Positions 1-8,254 of a DNA stretch of 64,000 bases are shown here, in pieces (within the stretch, counting starts at the first letter, position 1; each line of letters opens with the position of its first letter). Source of the DNA: an uncultured Planctomycetia bacterium (lineage in GTDB: Bacteria; Omnitrophota; Gorgyraeia; Tantalellales; Tantalellaceae); assembly GCA_964527765.1 (NCBI GenBank), contig CAZGQR010000008.1, forward strand, positions 14,264-78,263, read 5' to 3'. The notes beneath the pieces are model-generated. The model had not been told where the DNA came from. It made no database searches and saw only the letters and a program-made list of their open reading frames with translations. Both the position numbers and the translations under genes were made by a program.

Positions 1-1274
1 CCTACCAAAAAGGCGGATCTGCCGGACGGGATTTTCTCTATGACCCTGCCGAACGGATCGATGATCTGAGTAACGCCGGTCTGGGTCGTCCTTGCCAGGT
101 ATCTCATGCTTTCAGCGGCTCTCGCCCTTGAGAAGAACGAGGCATATCTTTTAAACCAGGAATAATCAAGGTCCGTATTACTCGACAGGGAAATAAAATA
201 TTCCGCTCCGTCCAGCACGTAATTCCTGAATATCCTTTCGCTGGTCTCCTCCCAGCATAAAGTTATTCCCGCCTTACCCAGGTACAGCTTGCCGTTATTC
301 TCCCTCGAGCGGATACCCCGGTTGAATATCGCCGGCTCCTGCGAATAGTAAATATCCTCAATGGCCCCATCCCTTCCGAAAATAAGGGCGGTATTATAAT
401 TATATTCCTTATTATCCGGATCCGTTAACATGGACCCTATGACAAATCCGGTCCCTGATTTCTTTATTTCATCGGTGATCGGTTTCATCTTCTCGGGAAA
501 CCTGTTCATCACGTCCACGGGAAGAGTGAATTCAGGCCATACCACAAGATCGGCTTTTTGCTTTACGGCTTTTTCGCTTATGTTGACATATTTATTTATT
601 CTCTCGGTTAATCTCTCCGTATAGCCGAATATGGACTTTCTGGGAACGTCGCCCTGGATAAGAGCGATCTTTCTGGATCCTTCCGAAGCATACAGATGCT
701 CCGGGCTGCGAGTTATCGAATAGAGGTACGAGACAAGAAAGACGGAAAGAAGCAAAACCGCTATCGTCAGCGAAAATCCATCCCTCTTTGCCAGGTACCG
801 TGCCGCCGCGGAATTGAATAGAATGATCAACGTGGTTAATCCAATACTGCCCGTAACCCAGATCAGCGGGGCCGATATGGGGAACAATATCCCCACATCA
901 AAAGCGCTGACCGCCAGTGACCTGAAATTCAACAGATAAAGAAGCAGCGTCCAGATAACACAGGGAATGAATGTCGAAAAAGCGGTATCTTTGAAGCGGG
1001 TGATGAGTTTGGCGCTGCCTATTAAAAAAGTCGAGACAAAAACGGTCACGATCAAAATGCCCAGTACATACGCGCTCGCATCGTATGCTGCTACCGGAAA
1101 TAAAACGGCGCAGGCAAGAAAAAACACAAAAAGAACAAGGTGGATATTTTTAATCCCGGTTCCCGTATAGAGCATGTATAGCGCCGGCACAAGAAATACG
1201 AATACCAGATAATTGCTTATCACGTACGGACTGATCAAAAATATTCCTGCTATGGCGAGTTTTTTGATATTCAT
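1..1274 (-). CDS. lnt: Apolipoprotein N-acyltransferase-like (nitrilase/CN hydrolase) membrane protein, runs off the window edge
   Basis: Not in the ORF track because its stop lies outside the window. Manual translation from ATG 1274 (alternative 1301) gives a multi-TM N-terminus, then IALIQGD, ADLVVWPE, YNTALIF, ITLCWE and RARAAESMRYLARTTQTGVTQIIDPFGRV, which match Lnt motifs. Confidence 0.8.
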   Translation of the reverse strand, partial: MNIKKLAIAGIFLISPYVISNYLVFVFLVPALYMLYTGTGIKNIHLVLFVFFLACAVLFPVAAYDASAYVLGILIVTVFVSTFLIGSAKLITRFKDTAFSTFIPCVIWTLLLYLLNFRSLAVSAFDVGILFPISAPLIWVTGSIGLTTLIILFNSAAARYLAKRDGFSLTIAVLLLSVFLVSYLYSITRSPEHLYASEGSRKIALIQGDVPRKSIFGYTERLTERINKYVNISEKAVKQKADLVVWPEFTLPVDVMNRFPEKMKPITDEIKKSGTGFVIGSMLTDPDNKEYNYNTALIFGRDGAIEDIYYSQEPAIFNRGIRSRENNGKLYLGKAGITLCWEETSERIFRNYVLDGAEYFISLSSNTDLDYSWFKRYASFFSRARAAESMRYLARTTQTGVTQIIDPFGRVIEKIPSGRSAFLV

Positions 1275-1308
1275 ACCGGAACCTTTGATTGCAAGAACCA
1301 TACCTCTT

Positions 1309-1337
1309 AAAATAGCATCTTTTTGCTTTTTTGTCAA
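1309..1337 (-). promoter_or_regulatory. Putative sigma70 promoter for the lnt-like gene
   Basis: TTGACA (1337-1332), 17 nt spacer, TATTTT (1314-1309) preceded by TG (extended -10). Confidence 0.55.
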
Positions 1338-1372
1338 CAAATTTTTTATTTTTTATCAAACTACCCCGCTTT

Positions 1373-1398
1373 AAAAAATCACCCTTAAGGTGATCTTT
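1373..1398 (-). terminator. Putative intrinsic terminator
   Basis: Minus strand AAAGATCACC-TTAAG-GGTGATTTTTT: hairpin running into a U tract, just downstream of the small ORF stop. Confidence 0.55.
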
Positions 1399-1400
1399 GT

Positions 1401-1493
1401 TTATGCTCGCCCTCTGCCTAAAACCCCCGACAAACGGGCTGTTCCTACAACAGCTAAATATCCCGCCCTCTTTAAAATGGTGAACGTCGACAC
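1401..1493 (-). CDS. Putative 30-aa small protein (MSTFTILKRAGYLAVVGTARLSGVLGRGRA); alternatively part of a structured small RNA
   Basis: Strong SD GGAGGT 7 nt before GTG 1493, TAA at 1403-1401, flanked by a promoter-like element and a terminator. Confidence 0.35.
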   Translation of the reverse strand: MSTFTILKRAGYLAVVGTARLSGVLGRGRA

Positions 1494-1549
1494 CGCATTC
1501 ACCTCCCTGTTCAAGAAAAAGAGCCTTAAGACTTCCCCCACTTAGGTAT

Positions 1550-1578
1550 ATTTTACTACTTTAAAATCATGAGCTCAA
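1550..1578 (-). promoter_or_regulatory. Putative sigma70 promoter for the small transcript at ~1543-1373
   Basis: TTGAGC (1578-1573), 17 nt spacer, TAAAAT (1555-1550). Confidence 0.4.
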
Positions 1579-1679
1579 CAAGTATCATCCAGCTTTTTTA
1601 AATGTTAACATCGACATATTAACAATACCGTTTTTAAAATTGATCCTGAACAGGTTCGGCTTTGTTTCTAAAAACGGTT

Positions 1680-2687
1680 TTAGATATCGGAGGGTTGTTT
1701 GGCGCCCAGGAGGATGTTTATGTCTTCCATGGTGTGGAGGGTGGTGACGTTCAGGGAACCGTCGATCTTCTTCAAGAGCCCCTTTAACACGCTTCCCGGC
1801 CCGATCTCCAGGTAATCCGTAACGCCGAGCGAGGCGGCTTTCTTCACGGAAGCTTCCCATAGCGTCCTGTTATCAAGCTGATCGGCAAGGTTCTCTTTTA
1901 TTTTTTCCGGGTCTTTCGTCACTTCCGCGCTGATATTGCTTATAAAATCTATTACCGGTTCTTTCAGTTCCATGCCGTCGAGAACGGTTTTAAGCTTTTC
2001 CTTCGCGGGCGCCATGAGCTCCGAGTGAAAAGCGCCGCTGACCTTCAGCATGATAGCGCGTTTCGCCCCCGCGGTTTTTGCCAGGTCCGCCGCGAGTTCC
2101 ACCCTGTTTGCCGGGCCCGATATGACCACCTGACCGGGCGAGTTGAGGTTCGCTACCTGGCACCCGACCCCCTTGCAGAGCTCTTCCACCTTTTCCAGCT
2201 CCAGCCCCATGATGGAAGCCATCTTCCCTTCTTTTTTCTGGGAAGCTTCCTCCATGAACTCGCCCCTCTTCTCGACGAACCTGAGGCCGTCCTCGAAGCT
2301 CAGCGCCCCGGAAGCTACCAGCGCCGTCGGTTCCCCCAGGCTGAGCCCCATAGCAAGAAGACCGACGGACCTTATATCTTCAGGGGAAAATATCTCTCTT
2401 GTCTCTTCCCCGACGGGGCCGCCTTTGATCTTCTCTACCAGGACATTTAACGTGGCTATGCTCGTGGTGAATATCGCGGGCTGTGAGTTCGCCGTGGTCT
2501 GGAGTTCGTTCTCCGGACCTTCGAAACAGAGCTTGGCGATGTCTCTTTTCAGCACCTCGCCTGCGCGGTCGAACACCCACCTGGCCGCGGCCTGGGCCCG
2601 GTAAAGCTCCTTGCCCATGCCCACCGCCTGAGCTCCCTGTCCCGGAAATAACAATCCGAATCTTCTGTCCGACCCGCTTTCTACCAT
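1680..2687 (-). CDS. fabD: Malonyl-CoA:ACP transacylase
   Basis: LLFPGQGAQ, SQPAIF, GLSLGE catalytic Ser, NSPGQVV, VSGAFHS, EIGPG. True start is ATG 2687 overlapping the fabH stop; the track ORF is over-extended. Confidence 0.95.
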   Translation of the reverse strand: MVESGSDRRFGLLFPGQGAQAVGMGKELYRAQAAARWVFDRAGEVLKRDIAKLCFEGPENELQTTANSQPAIFTTSIATLNVLVEKIKGGPVGEETREIFSPEDIRSVGLLAMGLSLGEPTALVASGALSFEDGLRFVEKRGEFMEEASQKKEGKMASIMGLELEKVEELCKGVGCQVANLNSPGQVVISGPANRVELAADLAKTAGAKRAIMLKVSGAFHSELMAPAKEKLKTVLDGMELKEPVIDFISNISAEVTKDPEKIKENLADQLDNRTLWEASVKKAASLGVTDYLEIGPGSVLKGLLKKIDGSLNVTTLHTMEDINILLGAKQPSDI

Positions 2688-3661
2688 TCTATCAACAGAG
2701 CTCCCCAGGTCAGCCCTCCGCCAAAGGCGTCCATCAGAATAGTATCGCCCTTCTTGATCCTTCCTTCTTCTACGGCCTCGGTAAGAGCAACTGCGCTTGA
2801 AGCCGCTGACATATTGCCGTATTTTTTTATGTTGAGGTATACCTTTTTTTCCGGGTCGACCCCCATTTTTTTTGCCAGGGCATTGAGAATGCGCACGTTC
2901 GCCTGGTGAGGAATGATTATATCGATGTCGTCGCCCTTGAGGCCGAGGGGCTCTGTCACGGATAGCGCGGCGTCCGCCATGATCTTCACCGCATGTTTGA
3001 AAAGAACGTTGCCCTCCATCTTTATGGTGTGGAGTTTGTTCTCCACCGTTTTTATGGAGGCCGGCATGCGCGATCCGCCGGCGGGAAGCTGCAAAAGATC
3101 GCCCTTGCTCCCGTCCGCGCCGAGGCTTGCCCCCAGGATACCGCCTTTGTTCACCGGCCCGAGAACGGCAGCTCCTGCCCCGTCGCCGAAGAGCACGCAC
3201 GTGGAGCGGTCCTCCCAATCCGTGACCGCTGACAGTTTCTCGGCGGCTATGACAAGCGCGTACCTGCACGCGCCGTCTTTTATGAACTTGTCCGCTATCG
3301 TAAGGCCGTAAACGTATCCCGAACAGGCGACGGCTATATCGAAAGCCGGGACATGCCTGGCGCCAAGTTTATGCTGGACGAGACAGGCGGTTGAGGGGAA
3401 AAACATGTCCGGCGTTATCGTCGCAACGATTATAAGGTCGATGTCCTTGGGTTCGAGATTCGCTCTCTTTAAAGCGTCCTTTGCGGCTTTCACGGCCATA
3501 TCGCTGGTGGCCTCGTTCTCTGCCGCGATACGTCTTTCCTTGATGCCGGTCCGTGTGGTGATCCATTCATCGGTGGTATCGACCATTCTTTCCAGATCGG
3601 CGTTCGTCAGGACGTTTTCCGGAAGATATTTACCGACTCCCAATATTCCCGTTTTCTTCAA
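2681..3661 (-). CDS. fabH: 3-oxoacyl-ACP synthase III
   Basis: EWITTRTGIKERR, AFDIAVACSG, FGDGAGA, PHQAN, YGNMSAAS, FGGGLTWG. Confidence 0.97.
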   Translation of the reverse strand: MKKTGILGVGKYLPENVLTNADLERMVDTTDEWITTRTGIKERRIAAENEATSDMAVKAAKDALKRANLEPKDIDLIIVATITPDMFFPSTACLVQHKLGARHVPAFDIAVACSGYVYGLTIADKFIKDGACRYALVIAAEKLSAVTDWEDRSTCVLFGDGAGAAVLGPVNKGGILGASLGADGSKGDLLQLPAGGSRMPASIKTVENKLHTIKMEGNVLFKHAVKIMADAALSVTEPLGLKGDDIDIIIPHQANVRILNALAKKMGVDPEKKVYLNIKKYGNMSAASSAVALTEAVEEGRIKKGDTILMDAFGGGLTWGALLIEW

Positions 3662-3729
3662 TTTTGCTCCTCATTTGTTCGCTATATGCCGCTACCCTGC
3701 AGGGCGGCGTCAAAAAAAGTCCTTCTCCT

Positions 3730-4722
3730 TTAATAGCTCTGCAGCTCTTCGACGACATGCGTGTTCACCTTACGGCTGACATTCTCGGCCGCGGCCCGTA
3801 TGGCGTTCTTTATGGCCTTGTCGTTAGAGGATCCGTGAGCTATTATTACATTCCCGTCAACTCCTATAAGCGGTGCGCCGCCGTACTCCGAGGCGTCTAT
3901 CTCCTTCTTTATGGCCTTGAACGCCGGGAGGGTCAGCAGTGCCCCTAACTTTGTCACGACATTGCTTTGTTTAAGTTCTCTTCGTATGAGTTCGCCTGCC
4001 GCGTCCGCGAATCCTTCGGTAACCTTGAGAAAGACGTTCCCCACGAATCCGTCGCACAGGACCACGTCGGCCCTGCCCGAGTACACTTCCTTGGGCTCGA
4101 CATTACCTATAAAATTAAGACTGCTTTCACTAAGCATCATATGGGCTTCTCTTATGAAATCGGGACCTTTGCTCGCTTCCTCGCCGATATTCAAAAGCGC
4201 CACGGTAGGGTTCTCCTTGGAGAGTATGTGTTTGGAGTAGGCGTCCCCCATTATAGCGTACTGCAGAAGATGAAATGGCTTGGGATCGATATTGGCCCCG
4301 ACGTCGATGACCAGGGTCGGTTTGATCAGCGTCGGAAAGATCACCGCGATACCCGGCCTGTCGACGCCCGGCAAAAGCCGCAGGCTTAACGTGGCCGCGC
4401 ATACCACGGCACCGGTGTTGCCGGCGCTGACAAAAGCGTCAAATGCCCCTCTCTTCAAAAGGTCGATCCCCTTCACGATGGAAGAATCTCTTTTTTTCCT
4501 CACGGAAAGAGCCGCGGGCTCATGCATCTCTATTGCCTGCGAAGTATTGACAATATCTATCTTATCGCCGGAGTAGCCGAGATCCTGAAACTGTTTTCGT
4601 ATCTCGTTCTCATAACCTATAAGGGTCACGTGATACCCGAACTCCGCGGCAGCCATCACGGCGCCGCTTACCGTGCTTTCAGGAGCTTTATCTCCCCCCA
4701 TTGCGTCCAAACCGATCCTCAT
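3730..4722 (-). CDS. plsX: Phosphate acyltransferase PlsX
   Basis: IGLDAMGGD, SAGNTGA, DVGAN, CDGFVGN, YGGAPLIG, HGSS. Confidence 0.97.
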   Translation of the reverse strand: MRIGLDAMGGDKAPESTVSGAVMAAAEFGYHVTLIGYENEIRKQFQDLGYSGDKIDIVNTSQAIEMHEPAALSVRKKRDSSIVKGIDLLKRGAFDAFVSAGNTGAVVCAATLSLRLLPGVDRPGIAVIFPTLIKPTLVIDVGANIDPKPFHLLQYAIMGDAYSKHILSKENPTVALLNIGEEASKGPDFIREAHMMLSESSLNFIGNVEPKEVYSGRADVVLCDGFVGNVFLKVTEGFADAAGELIRRELKQSNVVTKLGALLTLPAFKAIKKEIDASEYGGAPLIGVDGNVIIAHGSSNDKAIKNAIRAAAENVSRKVNTHVVEELQSY

Positions 4723-4736
4723 TCATGTCCTCCGGT

Positions 4737-4961
4737 CTAGGTTTTTTTCTTTTTCTTTTCTCTTCTGGCTTTTCGCTCTTCGATGGTCTCTATATATTTG
4801 ACCTGCCTGCCTCCGTAATAACCGCAATAAGGGCAGACATGATGAGACTTTTTGGCCTTGCCGCATTGCGGGCATTTTGAAAGAACCGGCGCTTCGGCCT
4901 TGTAATGAGTCCGTCTTTTCCGTCCGCGTGATTTCGAATGTCTGTGTTTTACCTTTGGCAT
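4737..4961 (-). CDS. rpmF: 50S ribosomal protein L32 (zinc-binding form)
   Basis: KHRHSKSR...CPQCG...HHVCPYCGYY; canonical rpmF-plsX-fabH-fabD order. Confidence 0.95.
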   Translation of the reverse strand: MPKVKHRHSKSRGRKRRTHYKAEAPVLSKCPQCGKAKKSHHVCPYCGYYGGRQVKYIETIEERKARREKKKKKT

Positions 4962-5011
4962 ATTCCTGCTCTCCTTTGATCTATCCTGAAAAAACGGCGT
5001 TTCCGCCGCGA

Positions 5012-6160
5012 TTATTTATTCACCGTCTCCGTAACGATCTTATACGTATCTTTCGCGATCAAAAGCTCCTCGTTAGTGCTGATAGTAAGAAATTCTGTCC
5101 CGATCCCCAGCAGGGGGCGCAGATGCTCCCTGATCGAGTCTTTTATCTGCGGGACGTGCTCGCCTATGCCGGCCGTGAAAACCACCGCGTCTACTTTTCC
5201 CAGAACGGCGGCATAAGAACCGATGTACTTCTTTATGCGGTACACGAAAATATCATATGCCAGTTTCGCGCGCTTGTTCTCTTCGCTCATCGCCTTAAGG
5301 ATATCCCTCATGTCGTTGCTTACTCCCGACACCCCCAAAAGTCCGCTCTTCTTGTTCAAGAGATCATTGACCTCTTCGGCGCTGAGCCCTTCTTTATTCA
5401 TGAGAAATGTCACCACAGCCGGGTCAAGATCACCCGAGCGCGTTCCCATGAGAAGCCCTTCAAGCGGCGTGAACCCCATCGACGTGTCCACGCTCTTCCC
5501 CCCGGAAACCGCCGCAATGCTGCATCCGTTCCCCAGATGCACTGTGATCATGTTGAGATCTTCGATCGGTCTTCCCAACAGCTCGGCTGCCTTGCCGGAA
5601 ACATACCTGTGGCTCGTGCCGTGGAACCCGTACTTCCTTATCCCGTACTTCTCGTAAAGCTCGTATGGAACTCCGTAGCAAAACGCGTGTTCGACCATGG
5701 ACTGGTGAAACGCCGTATCGAACACCGCCACCTGCGGAACGCCGCGGAATATCTTCAGGCACCCTCTTATCCCCTCCAGGGACGGCGGATTATGAAGAGG
5801 GGCAAGTTCGGAAAACTTCTCCACGCTCTTCAGGACCCTGTCGTCTATCAGCGTGCTTTTATTGAATTCCTCGCCGCCATGAACGACCCGGTGCCCGACC
5901 CCCGTAACCTCATCAACGCTTGAAAGCACGCCTTTTTTCGCGTCGGTCAGCACATCCCTTATTATCTCGATAGCCCTGTGGTGATCCGGACAATCGACCT
6001 TTTCCCGGACCTTGTCCTTTCCGGTCACCTCATGAGTAAGTTCGGGGGAAGTCTCACCTATACGCTCAACTATGCCCCTGCATAAAGAGGACTCCTCTTC
6101 TACGTTAAAAAGGTCGTACTTTGCCGAAGATGACCCGCAATTTATAACTAATATCAACAT
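5012..6160 (-). CDS. ackA: Acetate kinase
   Basis: LVINCGSSS, GHRVVHGG, APLHNP, DTAFHQ, YGFHGTSH, FTAGIGE, TNEEL. Confidence 0.97.
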   Translation of the reverse strand: MLILVINCGSSSAKYDLFNVEEESSLCRGIVERIGETSPELTHEVTGKDKVREKVDCPDHHRAIEIIRDVLTDAKKGVLSSVDEVTGVGHRVVHGGEEFNKSTLIDDRVLKSVEKFSELAPLHNPPSLEGIRGCLKIFRGVPQVAVFDTAFHQSMVEHAFCYGVPYELYEKYGIRKYGFHGTSHRYVSGKAAELLGRPIEDLNMITVHLGNGCSIAAVSGGKSVDTSMGFTPLEGLLMGTRSGDLDPAVVTFLMNKEGLSAEEVNDLLNKKSGLLGVSGVSNDMRDILKAMSEENKRAKLAYDIFVYRIKKYIGSYAAVLGKVDAVVFTAGIGEHVPQIKDSIREHLRPLLGIGTEFLTISTNEELLIAKDTYKIVTETVNK

Positions 6161-6222
6161 TGTATTTTTGCGTTCCGCCCCAATCTATCCTGCCTTCGCG
6201 GGGATGAAAAGCCCCGCCGCCA

Positions 6223-7224
6223 TCACAACCCCTGGGCTCTCACAGCCGTAACTGCCGTCGTATCGACAACATCCTCCCAGCTGCATCCCCGGGACAGATC
6301 GCTGCACGGCTTGTCAAGCCCCTGTATCAGGGGGCCGACGGCCCTGGCGTTCCCGAGACGCTGGCTCAGCTTGTATGAGATGTTCCCCGCGTCGAGGTTG
6401 GGAAATATCAGGACATTCGCCCTGCCTCCCACATCGCTGTCAGGGCATTTACGACGCGCGACATCCGGGACTATTGCGGCGTCGAGCTGTAATTCACCGT
6501 CAATAATAAGATCCGGCCTCTTCTGCTTTATCCGGGTCAGCGCTTCACGGATGGAATCGACCGATTCGCCCTTGGCGCTGCCTTTGGTGGAATAGCTCAG
6601 CATGGCCACGCGGGGCTCGACACCGAACAGTTTATGGAACAGATCGCTCGTGGCTATCGCTATCCCCACAAGCTGCCTTGTGGAAGGATAAGGAATGATG
6701 CCGCAATCCCCGTAAGCAAAAAGCCCGTTCTCGCCGAACGGGCAATTTTCCATTTCCATGATAAACGCACTGGACACCGTCCCTATACTCTTGTCCAGTT
6801 TCAGGCAATGCAGGGCCGCTCTGGCCACGTCTGATGTTTTATGGCTCGCTCCCGCCACGAAACCGTCCGCGATCTCCATTTTTGTCATCACGGCCGCATA
6901 AAACACCGAATTTTCCATCACGGTCTTTTCCGCTTCTTCCGGCGTGATGCCCTTGCGCTCCCTCAGCTTGAAATACGCATTTATAACCTCGCCGCGCTTA
7001 TCATCAGTTGAAGGATCAATAAGGTTGACCCCATCCAGGGACACGCTGTTTTGTTCAGCCAGTTTGCGCATCTCATCTTTACTGCCAAGAACATATATAT
7101 CGGCGATACCTTCGGACGCTATGAACGACGCCGCCTTGATCACCCTGTTATCATTCCCTTCGGGCAGAATGATCTTCTTTTTCTGCTGTTTAGCTTTTTT
7201 TCTTAACGCCAGTATTCTGTCCAT
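6223..7224 (-). CDS. pta: Phosphate acetyltransferase
   Basis: IILPEG, LSYSTKGS, DGELQLDAA, FPNLDAGNI, DLSRGCS. Confidence 0.96.
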   Translation of the reverse strand: MDRILALRKKAKQQKKKIILPEGNDNRVIKAASFIASEGIADIYVLGSKDEMRKLAEQNSVSLDGVNLIDPSTDDKRGEVINAYFKLRERKGITPEEAEKTVMENSVFYAAVMTKMEIADGFVAGASHKTSDVARAALHCLKLDKSIGTVSSAFIMEMENCPFGENGLFAYGDCGIIPYPSTRQLVGIAIATSDLFHKLFGVEPRVAMLSYSTKGSAKGESVDSIREALTRIKQKRPDLIIDGELQLDAAIVPDVARRKCPDSDVGGRANVLIFPNLDAGNISYKLSQRLGNARAVGPLIQGLDKPCSDLSRGCSWEDVVDTTAVTAVRAQGL

Positions 7225-7225
7225 G

Positions 7226-7702
7226 TCACAACTTTTCTTTCAGTTTCTTTTCGGCATTTTTCGGGACAAAACTTGAGACATCCGCCCCCAAGCGAGCGAC
7301 TTCCTTTATCAATTTACTCGACAGGTACGAGTATGATTCGTTCGGCATCATGAACACCGTCTCGATCTCCGGGTTCAATTTCCTGTTAGTGAGAGCCATC
7401 TGGAATTCATACTCAAAATCCGATATCATCCTGAGGCCCCTGACGACTATCCTGGCGCCTTTCGCGACGGCATAGTCCACCACCAGGCCGTCAAAATCCT
7501 CTACTTCGACATTATCATATTCCGCGACTGCTTCAGCCAGCATCTCCGTGCGTTCCTCGACCGAAAAAAAAGTGGATTTCTCCGGGCTATGCGCCACCGC
7601 GACAAAGACCTTGTCATAGATGACAGAAGCTCTTTTTATCACGTCGAGATGGCCATATGTGACGGGATCGAACGTCCCGGGATAAACGGCTGTTCTGGTC
7701 AT
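7226..7702 (-). CDS. coaD: Phosphopantetheine adenylyltransferase
   Basis: YPGTFDPVTYGH, RGLR..SDFEYE, LSSKLIKE. Confidence 0.97.
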   Translation of the reverse strand: MTRTAVYPGTFDPVTYGHLDVIKRASVIYDKVFVAVAHSPEKSTFFSVEERTEMLAEAVAEYDNVEVEDFDGLVVDYAVAKGARIVVRGLRMISDFEYEFQMALTNRKLNPEIETVFMMPNESYSYLSSKLIKEVARLGADVSSFVPKNAEKKLKEKL

Positions 7703-8253
7703 TTTTTAAGGAAAACGGATATAGTGGTATCTCCGTAAGTCTTTTGTTTAAAAATAGAAACATCCCTTTCTATTCCGGGGATATTCTCGTCCTTATGGTG
7801 CTCGATGATCAAGAGTCCAGCGGGCTTTAATATATCATAATGACTTACCATAATCAAGGTTTTTTTGCCCATACCCCTGTTATATGGAGGGTCAGAAAAG
7901 ACCAGATCGAACCTTTCCCTGTTCCTTCCGAAGAGTTCCAGCGACCTGAACGCGTCTTCTGTCGTCACTCTCGCGCGGCCCCCTACACCGAGCAGCCGGA
8001 TATTTTCCGTTATGATCCTCCCGCATTCCTCCTTTTCCTCCACGAATGCGCATCTTTGGGCCCCGCGGGACAGCGCCTCCAGGCCGTAGGCTCCGCTCCC
8101 GGCAAATATATCCAGGACATCCGAACCCGGCACTTTTTCCGCGATAATATTAAAGACGGCCTCGCGTATCCGGTCTTTCGTCGGCCTGACCGCTTCGGAG
8201 GCGGGCTGCTTTATCTTCCGCCCCCTGAACTCACCGCCTATTATCCTCATCAT
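7699..8253 (-). CDS. rsmD: 16S rRNA m2G966 methyltransferase
   Basis: MRIIGG, RPTKDRIREA, DIFAGSG, DPPY; start re-set to ATG 8253/8250. Confidence 0.93.
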   Translation of the reverse strand: MMRIIGGEFRGRKIKQPASEAVRPTKDRIREAVFNIIAEKVPGSDVLDIFAGSGAYGLEALSRGAQRCAFVEEKEECGRIITENIRLLGVGGRARVTTEDAFRSLELFGRNRERFDLVFSDPPYNRGMGKKTLIMVSHYDILKPAGLLIIEHHKDENIPGIERDVSIFKQKTYGDTTISVFLKK

Positions 8254-8254
8254 G

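Noticed and set aside
1627-1679. 10-bp inverted repeat ACCGTTTTTA...TAAAAACGGT just after the fabD stop
   Set aside because: AT-rich arms with a long spacer and no U tract; cannot be assigned as terminator or operator
2688-3269. N-terminal 194-aa extension of the 529-aa fabD ORF in the track
   Set aside because: Out-of-frame overlap with fabH; FabD homology begins at ATG 2687
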